Source: Candidatus Hodarchaeum mangrovi (lineage in GTDB: Archaea > Asgardarchaeota > Heimdallarchaeia > Hodarchaeales > Hodarchaeaceae). Taken from it: 15,177 bases of DNA. Below, one piece after another: positions 7,903-15,177 of this stretch (position 1 is its first letter; each line of letters opens with the position of its first letter). The stretch spans positions 1 to 15,177 of the forward strand of contig JAEOUE010000232.1 of assembly GCA_016839515.1 (NCBI GenBank). The letters run 5' to 3'. The notes below the pieces were generated by a model, which was given only the letters and a program-made list of their open reading frames with translations, made no database searches and was not told the origin of the DNA. The translations under genes and the position numbers were made by a program.

Positions 7903-9294
7903 ATGACAACAGAGTTATTAAATCAGTCCCCACAAGATTTGGCTAATGAAATTATTAGATTAGGTTTAAATACAGGCGCACAAGAACTTCAAGTCAAGAT
8001 TAGAGAAACAGAAGCAAATTATATTCGTTTTGCTAATTCAGAAATTCATCATTTCTCATCTAATCTCATTAAAGAGATAAATATAACTAGTTTGATCGGG
8101 AAAAAAAAAGGGATTTTAACCATAGTACCAACGAATGATGAAGATATTATTTTTGGTATTCGCCAATTGATTAAACTAACGAAAACTAATTTTGAAGATC
8201 CAAATCAACTTCCTTTTTTAGAATCTAGATATCACTATAAAAGTTTAGATACTTTGGATCCACTATTTACTTCATTTGATCAATCCAAATTAATTGAAAT
8301 TGTTGATTCTGCTATTAAAACAGCACATGAATATGATAAGCGCGTTTCGAACGTTAGTGGAATGTTACAATCCTTGAAACACCAATATTATATAGAAAAC
8401 AGTAATGATTTACAATTACAATCCCACCAATCAGAGTATTGGTATGGGATAGATGTTTTAGCTCAAGATAATTTAAGCTTTGGACGTAATTCACAAGGGG
8501 AGACAAATCGTTTCAGTAGAAATATCCCATTCGTAGAATTAGCCGAACTAGCTGCTAAATATGCTATTCTGGGATTGAATCCAATTAAGCTTGAACCTGG
8601 TGATTATCCAGCGATTTTGGATTATTATGCTACTTTTGAACCTCTAGTATTTCTTAATCTAAGTCTGAGTGGAGTTTTTGTGATTCAACATCGGAGCTTC
8701 CTTGCACAAAAATTAGGATCAAAAATCTTCAATAGTAATTTCAACTGGCAACATGTTCCCTATTCCACTAATATTGTTACATCAAAACCTTTTGATGACG
8801 AGGGTGTTCCAACAAAAGAATTCTATTTTATAAAGGAAGGTATATTGGAAAATTTTGCTCATAATCGTTGGTCATCATCTAAAATGGAAGTAGATGCAAA
8901 TGGTTGTGGTTATGAATCTGAAAGGACTTCTTTTGGTATTCCAATAGCTACAAAACTTATTCCTTCAGAGAACCATACCTTGAACGATTTAATCAAATCT
9001 GTTGACAATGGGGTATTCGTTTCGAGACTTTTTTATTCCAATTGGGCAAACCCAATGGCTGGAATCCTCACTGGAACAACTAGAAATGGATTTTTTAAGA
9101 TTAAATCTGGCGAAATCACTGAATCATTGTATCCAATGCGACATACCACCTCAATCTTTGAAATGTTTGGTGAAGGATTAGAAATAGGTAATCAATTACA
9201 TCAACCTCCAATGCAAATGATGCCTGGAGTCCAATCAATCCTTTTGCCTGCGGTGATATCACCAAAATTACACTTAACAACATACGCAAATTAG
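7903..9294 (+). CDS. pmbA: PmbA/TldE non-catalytic partner subunit
   Basis: IRFANSEIH, LEPGDYPAIL, PFDDEGVP, TGTTRNGFFKI; no HExxGH. ATG 7903 with SD AGGGGT, 2 nt after the tldD stop. Confidence 0.9.
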   Translation: MTTELLNQSPQDLANEIIRLGLNTGAQELQVKIRETEANYIRFANSEIHHFSSNLIKEINITSLIGKKKGILTIVPTNDEDIIFGIRQLIKLTKTNFEDPNQLPFLESRYHYKSLDTLDPLFTSFDQSKLIEIVDSAIKTAHEYDKRVSNVSGMLQSLKHQYYIENSNDLQLQSHQSEYWYGIDVLAQDNLSFGRNSQGETNRFSRNIPFVELAELAAKYAILGLNPIKLEPGDYPAILDYYATFEPLVFLNLSLSGVFVIQHRSFLAQKLGSKIFNSNFNWQHVPYSTNIVTSKPFDDEGVPTKEFYFIKEGILENFAHNRWSSSKMEVDANGCGYESERTSFGIPIATKLIPSENHTLNDLIKSVDNGVFVSRLFYSNWANPMAGILTGTTRNGFFKIKSGEITESLYPMRHTTSIFEMFGEGLEIGNQLHQPPMQMMPGVQSILLPAVISPKLHLTTYAN

Positions 9295-9315
9295 CCATTA
9301 ATTAAGTGATTTTAG

Positions 9316-9819
9316 ATGCCAACTGCAATTGTTTTCGCAGCACATGGAAGTCCACCATTAGATTTTCCCAAAAAAGAATTGAGTGAGTTTTTTTCTCTAC
9401 ATGATAAACAAAATAGAACTACTGAGGAAACAACGCGTTTTAAAGCTTTAGAATCGAAAATGCTGAATCATTTTCGAAATGAACAAAATGATCCATATTT
9501 CTTTGCTACATATGACATCGCCAAGAATTTGGAAAGAAAAACAGAAATGAAAGTTTTTGTCGGATTTAATGAGTTTTGTAAACCAACTATATCAGAAGCT
9601 ATAGATAAAGCCGTAGAATCAGGGAATAATGTCATTTTAATTGTAACACCGATGTTGACTAGAGGAGGAAGTCATGCTGAAAAAGATATTCCTGAAATCA
9701 TTGATAAATGTCAAAATAAGTATTTGAATGTAACTTTTACTTATGTTTGGCCATTTAATCCCGTCTATATAGCTGAATTTCTACATCAACAAATAAAAGA
9801 ATCAATACAAGGACGTTAG
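9316..9819 (+). CDS. cbiX: CbiX/SirB-type class II chelatase, single-domain (CbiXS-like) with an insertion
   Basis: AAHGS, GFNEFCKPTI, PMLTRGGSHAEKDIP; both metal-binding histidines are present. Confidence 0.88.
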   Translation: MPTAIVFAAHGSPPLDFPKKELSEFFSLHDKQNRTTEETTRFKALESKMLNHFRNEQNDPYFFATYDIAKNLERKTEMKVFVGFNEFCKPTISEAIDKAVESGNNVILIVTPMLTRGGSHAEKDIPEIIDKCQNKYLNVTFTYVWPFNPVYIAEFLHQQIKESIQGR

Positions 9820-10559
9820 CAACGAGGAATCTGAACATCACTATTCGTTAACTCAACAATGATTCTTGCTTGATCTCTTGTTATTTGTCCATCTCTTAAC
9901 CAGCAGATTCGATCTGCAATATCAATCAGTTTTAGGTCATGAGTTGTATTTATTACAGTTACTCCCGTCTCTTTATTTAATTTCTGAAGCAATTCGACAA
10001 TTTTCATACCAGTTACTAGATCCAAATTAGCTGTCGGTTCATCAGCAAGAATAAGAGATGGTTTATTGACAATTGCTCTTGCAATTGCCACTCTTTGTTG
10101 TTGTCCTCCCGATAATTCAGTTGGAAGATGATTCATTCTATCATGCAGTCCCACTATTCTTAATACTTCCTCTGATCTCTCTTTTATTTCCTTTCTTGGC
10201 TTTCCTGCGAGGAGTAGAGGGAGACTTACATTATCTAAAGCTGTTAGTGAATTAATCAAATTAAATGTTTGAAACACAAATCCAATTTTAAAGACTCTTA
10301 ATGACGATAATTCTGTTCTTTTCATATCTGAAAGTGGTAATCCATCAATAAAACATTCGCCTTCATCTGGAGTGTCCAAAGCTCCAATAATATTGAGAAA
10401 AGTTGTTTTTCCTGATCCAGAAGGTCCCATAATAACAATATAATCTCCTTGATAGATTTTTAGGTTTATCCCCTTTAATGCATGAATTTTTTCTTCACCC
10501 AATAAAAAAAACTTATGGATATTTTCTGCTTTTACCGTTACGTTCTTCATCTCACTCAA
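9816..10559 (-). CDS. ABC ATPase, MacB/LolD/SalX-type (copy 2)
   Basis: Walker [10 protein letters not shown]-loop [25 protein letters not shown]-loop THD. Confidence 0.95.
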   Translation of the reverse strand: MSEMKNVTVKAENIHKFFLLGEEKIHALKGINLKIYQGDYIVIMGPSGSGKTTFLNIIGALDTPDEGECFIDGLPLSDMKRTELSSLRVFKIGFVFQTFNLINSLTALDNVSLPLLLAGKPRKEIKERSEEVLRIVGLHDRMNHLPTELSGGQQQRVAIARAIVNKPSLILADEPTANLDLVTGMKIVELLQKLNKETGVTVINTTHDLKLIDIADRICWLRDGQITRDQARIIVELTNSDVQIPRC

Positions 10560-11317
10560 ACTCTATTTAATTCTTCAGAAGGGGCCTCATAAGCTCTTTC
10601 ATCTGATAAAATCACTTTAACATTGTGCAACTGTTCTATTCGTTTTATTTTTCCATCTGCTATCCAAATAATTCTATCTGAAACATCTATCATCTTTAAA
10701 TCGTGGGTGGCCGTTAAAATTGTTGTACCATGTTCGGTATTTAATCTTCTGAGAAGATTTATAATTTCAAGTCCAGTTTCTAAATCAAGATTCCCCGTTG
10801 GTTCGTCTGCTAATATGATTGCAGGATCATTAACTAATGCTCGAGCTATTGCCACTCTTTGTTGTTGTCCCCCACTGAGTTGTGCTGGACGATGATTCAT
10901 TCGATCAGTAAGGCCAACTAGCCCTAAAACTTCTTCTACTTTTTTCTTACGAACCTCACGAGATCTTTTAGCAAAAATTGCTGGCATTTCCACATTTTCA
11001 AATGCTGTAAGATTAGGAATGAGATTGAATGTCTGAAAAATGTATCCAATTTTCCTACATCGAAGCCATGCTAATTCATAAGCATCCAATTTTGCTATAT
11101 CAACTTCATCAATGTAAACCCGTCCTTGTGTTGGCTTATCTAATCCCCCAACACAGTTAAAGAAGGTTGTTTTTCCTGATCCCGATGGTCCCATCAAACT
11201 GACATATTCACCGTGTTTAATCTCAATTGAGATTCCTTTCAATGCTTCAATTTCTGTATCCCCCATATGGTATACACGATGAACATCTTCTGTTTTTAAT
11301 GTGAACTGAAAACTCAT
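10556..11317 (-). CDS. ABC ATPase, MacB/LolD/SalX-type (copy 1)
   Basis: [42 protein letters not shown] 11317 with SD-like AGGCGA; 4-nt overlap with the next gene. Confidence 0.95.
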   Translation of the reverse strand: MSFQFTLKTEDVHRVYHMGDTEIEALKGISIEIKHGEYVSLMGPSGSGKTTFFNCVGGLDKPTQGRVYIDEVDIAKLDAYELAWLRCRKIGYIFQTFNLIPNLTAFENVEMPAIFAKRSREVRKKKVEEVLGLVGLTDRMNHRPAQLSGGQQQRVAIARALVNDPAIILADEPTGNLDLETGLEIINLLRRLNTEHGTTILTATHDLKMIDVSDRIIWIADGKIKRIEQLHNVKVILSDERAYEAPSEELNRV

Positions 11318-11327
11318 TTTTATTCGC

Positions 11328-11939
11328 CTATGTTTTACGTAGAGCATCAGCAGGATTCATTCGTGAAGCTCCAATTACTGGAATAATTGAAGCAATTAAA
11401 GTTAGAAATGTTGACAATATTGTCCCAAGTATTATTATAATTAAATAAAATTCAAAATTGTGTTCAATTAGTTGTAATATTTCCTTTAATGGAAATTCAA
11501 TTCCACTTAACCCCATTCCTAATAATACTCCAAGTATTGACCCTATAAATCCTGATATGATTCCAATAAAGAGACTTTCGAACATGAAAAGCTTAACAAC
11601 GTGTACTGGCATAGTTCCTAAAGTCATATAAGTACCAATCTCTCTATTACGTTGACCTACTTCCATAAACATACTATTCATGACACCTACAACACATAGT
11701 AAAAGTCCTACAAAGAACAAATAGCTTTGTTCTCGTGCTATGTTGGAAGTAGGGTCAAAAAAGTCGATAATCGTGGAATAAGTGATAAGAGTAACAATAA
11801 AGGATATTCCAAGAATTACTCCTATTCCTGTTATGATTGATCTCCCTTTACGTTGTTGTGTATTCTTCAGTGCATGTTTCATTGCTGTCCAAGCGCTATA
11901 CTTGGTATTAGGTAACCCTAATCGATTCAACTTTACCAT
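11328..11939 (-). CDS. Minimal FtsX/MacB-family (type VII) ABC permease lacking the extracytoplasmic domain
   Basis: RKGRSIITGIGVILGI (TM1), NSMFMEVGQRNREIGTYMTLG, FESLFIGIISG, ASRMNPADALR. Only about 15 residues separate TM1 and TM2. Confidence 0.9.
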   Translation of the reverse strand: MVKLNRLGLPNTKYSAWTAMKHALKNTQQRKGRSIITGIGVILGISFIVTLITYSTIIDFFDPTSNIAREQSYLFFVGLLLCVVGVMNSMFMEVGQRNREIGTYMTLGTMPVHVVKLFMFESLFIGIISGFIGSILGVLLGMGLSGIEFPLKEILQLIEHNFEFYLIIIILGTILSTFLTLIASIIPVIGASRMNPADALRKT

Positions 11940-11956
11940 TTTTCTTCCTCTGTGTA

Positions 11957-12319
11957 TTAATGTTCATCTTCCTGAATATCTGTGATTCGGTGGGTTTCTT
12001 CTATAATCATTGACCAGCGAATTTTCTTTGTTATTAATAATTTTAAATGATTAACCAACCGTTTTCGGGTATCCTCCTCTCCTAATTGTGTTGCATTCCA
12101 TGTAACAAATGGAGAATAAAATCTTGCGAGTTCTAATACTGGTTGATCATCAACAATTATGAATTTAATAAACCCTAATTCACCCAGGAAACACGATGCA
12201 TTAGGACAGAGGATATCAATTTCTCTCTGTTCCTTCTTTAAAAAAAGAATATTATATTTTGATTCATCCTCTATCTTATACCCACACGGACATTGAACCG
12301 TTACATCGGTAGTTGTCAT
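11957..12319 (-). CDS. Small soluble Cys4 (CPC...CPNASC) putative Zn-binding protein, first gene of the ABC operon
   Basis: 120 aa, ATG with SD-like AAGGA, 17 nt from the permease gene. Four Cys in two knuckle-like pairs. Confidence 0.75.
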   Translation of the reverse strand: MTTTDVTVQCPCGYKIEDESKYNILFLKKEQREIDILCPNASCFLGELGFIKFIIVDDQPVLELARFYSPFVTWNATQLGEEDTRKRLVNHLKLLITKKIRWSMIIEETHRITDIQEDEH

Positions 12320-12440
12320 TAAACATACGTCCTTTTCAGATATAAAATTTTAAAATTGTGGCTTTATTAAAATAACATGTAAAAAATTGATTTATGATCG
12401 ATTTACTCGTTTTATTAAAAAGAATTTAACTGTTCTGTAT

Positions 12441-12456
12441 TTTGGATATATCGAAA
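12441..12456. promoter_or_regulatory. Palindromic operator-like site 4 (TTTGGATATATCGAAA) upstream of the ABC operon
   Basis: GATATATC core at 12445-12452 with TTT/AAA symmetric flanks; intergenic. Confidence 0.72.
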
Positions 12457-12493
12457 TTTGTAATATTTTAATATACCAATTATAATCATCATC

Positions 12494-13894
12494 TCAATGA
12501 TGTCGTTTTGGTTTGCCTAAAACTCTCATTCTTGATACTCTAATCTCAGGAAAACGGGTATAATAAGCATCATTTACTTCTTTACCTATTGCTTCCACCA
12601 TTGACAACAGTTCAAAGGCATTTCCAAATATTGTAATTCTATTAGTTGGTCTAATAGTTTCATCATTTTTAATATGATATGCTTCGGTTGAGCTAAGTTC
12701 AAAATCACCGTTTATTATGTCAAAATAGTTAATTGAGGCGATTCCATCCACTTTAACTCCCCTTTTAATATTATTCAGAGTTTCACCACGTAGTTCCTCA
12801 TTACTATTCAAAGTTAGATTTGTTAAGGCTATTTGAGGGGGTCTTCGGTGGATAGTAAAATCATTCAATAGAGGTAATCCTCGTAAAGTATTTCCACTTG
12901 GTGTTTTACCAGTTTCAATGGATGTTTGCAAGTCAATTGGATAATTTTGAATTTTCCCATTTTGAATTAATACAAGATTCTTAGTTGGAACTCCTTCATG
13001 ATCAAATGGATGGGCACCAATTCTTAATGGATTATTAGCTTCTTCACTTAAGATTATATGTTCTGAAAATGATAATTCTCTTAATTTGGAAATTAGAAGT
13101 TTATCCTCAAACATTCTTGAGAGCAATGGTCTAAAAATAAGATCTCCTAATTGGCACATAGCTCTGGAGCTAAAGACTATTGGATATATCTGGTTTGCTT
13201 TTACATCTGAACCTTTTAAATAGGGTTGTAAATCGTTTAATCTCTTTTCAATAAAAGTTTCATAATTAAATTCTTTATTATGTTGGATATGACCGAGATT
13301 TCCTTCAAACGTTAAGCTTCTTTTTGTTCCTGCCACTAATTGAACTGCCAATTGAAATAAAGTATTCTTATATACAAGTTCAACTTCATTTGTATTAGTC
13401 AATAAAACATGGGTTTCTTTAATTGTATGTACCCCCGATTTAATAAATAAAGCAGACTTATGAGTTTGAACTGTTTCCTGAATTTTTTTAATAGAGGATA
13501 CAATCTCTTCTAATTTCATATCTCTTAATTCATAATCATAATTAGATCTTGAAAATTTATCAAGATCAATAAATTGAGGTGATGAAAATTCAAAGGGTTG
13601 TTGTAAATAAGCATTGGCTTCCTCTCCTGTGAATGAAGCAATATGTTCTTCGATTTTAGAGAAATTTGTATCATCAATTGCTTGAAAATACATTAGAGAG
13701 TTTTTCTGATAACGTATTCCAAATCCTTTCTCAATAATGGTTTTTATGTCAAAGATCTTTGATGAAGAGAATGTCACCGTTTTAAGTTTATTATAGCAAG
13801 CAAATATTTCTGCTGAGCTGGCACCTAGGTTTAAAATGGAGTTTAAAATTCGTTTTGATTTATCAAAAGCACTATTAGTTATTTCTGAATTCAT
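12494..13894 (-). CDS. Divergent PmbA/TldE-like subunit (second pair)
   Basis: AEIF, EKGFGIR, PFDHEGVP, SGNTLRG, IINGDFELS. ATG 13894 with SD-like GGTGG; the TTG 13990 extension overlaps the upstream gene. Confidence 0.85.
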   Translation of the reverse strand: MNSEITNSAFDKSKRILNSILNLGASSAEIFACYNKLKTVTFSSSKIFDIKTIIEKGFGIRYQKNSLMYFQAIDDTNFSKIEEHIASFTGEEANAYLQQPFEFSSPQFIDLDKFSRSNYDYELRDMKLEEIVSSIKKIQETVQTHKSALFIKSGVHTIKETHVLLTNTNEVELVYKNTLFQLAVQLVAGTKRSLTFEGNLGHIQHNKEFNYETFIEKRLNDLQPYLKGSDVKANQIYPIVFSSRAMCQLGDLIFRPLLSRMFEDKLLISKLRELSFSEHIILSEEANNPLRIGAHPFDHEGVPTKNLVLIQNGKIQNYPIDLQTSIETGKTPSGNTLRGLPLLNDFTIHRRPPQIALTNLTLNSNEELRGETLNNIKRGVKVDGIASINYFDIINGDFELSSTEAYHIKNDETIRPTNRITIFGNAFELLSMVEAIGKEVNDAYYTRFPEIRVSRMRVLGKPKRHH

Positions 13895-13911
13895 TCTTTC
13901 CACCAACACAT

Positions 13912-15177
13912 CTAATTTAGTACTTTCAATCTTTCGAAAAACATAGGAGGAGCGATTGATCCTGAAATTAGCCCTCCACCCTTTGTACAAAATATTGTTG
14001 TAGGAACAACATTCTTGCCAATAAGCTTCAATCTTTTCATAAAGTCATCAATAGGATAATTAATGTCCACATTAAGGTATAAATCTTTACTTACTTTTCC
14101 CTGACTGATTATTCTAGACTGTTCAGGAACAATTTGAATTTTGTTGTTATCCCAATCAATATAAATAAAATTAATCCCCTGACAATAAATTCCAATATCC
14201 ACTTCAGTAATTAATTGTTCTAAATTATAATCACCTGATTCTACAACTAAATTAGTACAAGCTGGGAATGAAGGATTTGTGAAGGAAGAGAAACGTGCAT
14301 TGTGAGTATTAGAACATTTTAATAATCTTGATGTTTTTGAATCAGTTATAAAGGTGATAATCTTTCCTTTTTCAATGATCAATGACTTCTCTGTTTGATA
14401 TCCCTCTGCATCATAATATGTTTGGGGTAAAAGGGGGAATTTTTTCATGACAGGGACGTCATAAATAGTTAATAACCCAGAAAAAACCTTTTTTTCAGTT
14501 TTTTTCCAAGGACCGGTTGTTAATGCAACATCTCCCTCAATTCCATGCATTAGTTCATGAATGATTCTACCTACAGAGGATCCATCAAAAAGAACATTCA
14601 TTCGTTCCTTTGGAGGATTATTTACTATTAAAGTATTTAATAATCGTGATTTTCTCTTTTCAATAAATTCTTTTGCTGTTTTCGGATCAAAATTTAATTT
14701 ATTTAACCTTCCACAATAATAGCTTGTTCGAACAATCCTTTTTTTGGCGTATGTAACCTCATTAGTTATTTGAATTTTAAAATCCTCAACTGGATGAGTT
14801 ATATAATACTCATCTGAATCAAAATAATTCCATAATCCAGATCGATCAGAATAATGGACAGTAGTTATAATCGGTCTCTCAGAGTTCTGGGGAGTGAAAT
14901 TTCTAATGAAATTTAACTTATCTCTTGTCGAAATTTGTTCATCTAAATTATTAATTAACTTTCGTTGAGAGGTTTGTTTATTTAATACTTGATATTGCGA
15001 CTTAAAACTTTTTGATTCCTTAAGTAGGTTAGCTGATTCAGCAGCATTATTGATCAATTCCTCAAGGGCAGCTTCTGAATTAATGGTCGTACTACTTTGT
15101 CCTTGGACTCCATCGATCCAAACACTCAATAATATTTCACTAATATTCTCTCCTTGGATCCACGTTTTTTTACCTTG
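13912..15177 (-). CDS. Divergent TldD-like protein (second pair), 5'-truncated by the window edge
   Basis: Frame stays open from 15177 (QGKKTWIQGENISEILLSVW...). IIHELMHGIEGD, YDAEG, HNAR, CTNLVVESGD, C-terminal CTKG. Confidence 0.87.
   Translation of the reverse strand, partial: QGKKTWIQGENISEILLSVWIDGVQGQSSTTINSEAALEELINNAAESANLLKESKSFKSQYQVLNKQTSQRKLINNLDEQISTRDKLNFIRNFTPQNSERPIITTVHYSDRSGLWNYFDSDEYYITHPVEDFKIQITNEVTYAKKRIVRTSYYCGRLNKLNFDPKTAKEFIEKRKSRLLNTLIVNNPPKERMNVLFDGSSVGRIIHELMHGIEGDVALTTGPWKKTEKKVFSGLLTIYDVPVMKKFPLLPQTYYDAEGYQTEKSLIIEKGKIITFITDSKTSRLLKCSNTHNARFSSFTNPSFPACTNLVVESGDYNLEQLITEVDIGIYCQGINFIYIDWDNNKIQIVPEQSRIISQGKVSKDLYLNVDINYPIDDFMKRLKLIGKNVVPTTIFCTKGGGLISGSIAPPMFFERLKVLN

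Noticed and set aside
9816-9819. 4-nt overlap of the convergent cbiX and ABC ATPase stop codons
   Set aside because: Common in compact prokaryotic genomes, with no evidence of antisense regulation.
5008-11985. Short ORFs 5008-5190, 9116-9298, 10073-10255, 10623-10895 and 11782-11985 as possible RiPP precursors
   Set aside because: All overlap well-supported genes on the opposite strand and show no leader/core pattern.
13183-13190. Fifth GATATATC copy
   Set aside because: It lies inside the PmbA-like CDS (QIYP codons) with an asymmetric right flank; roughly one chance 8-mer hit is plausible in 15 kb of AT-rich DNA.
1-15177. CRISPR array, tRNA/rRNA, IS or integrase
   Set aside because: No repeat-spacer periodicity, GC-rich structured RNA, terminal repeats or transposase motifs seen.

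Overview
An AT-rich, gene-dense archaeal window. Asgard/Heimdallarchaeia-like origin is inferred from (P/S)GF-TM-basic C-terminal sorting signals, BRE/TATA-like promoters, oligo-T terminators and GAGRTGA/AGGGG-type SD sites. It holds 14 CDSs: a PadR regulator divergent from an SDR; a ~740-aa secreted, C-terminally anchored protein built from four copies of a Met/Trp-rich domain I do not recognise, with HEGH at the predicted mature N-terminus; a DOMON/CBM9-like surface protein followed by a stand-alone PqqD/RRE protein; an operon of PNPOx-like split barrel, tldD, pmbA and cbiX; an operon of a Cys4 protein, a minimal FtsX/MacB-type permease and two ABC ATPases; and a second, divergent tldD/pmbA pair cut by the window edge. 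The main signal is a palindrome, TTYNGATATATCNRAA, present in all four promoter-bearing intergenic regions, including the one upstream of padR. This suggests these genes form one locally co-regulated system, plausibly for metal/tetrapyrrole handling or peptide processing; the function is inference. I saw no RNA genes, CRISPR arrays or mobile elements.
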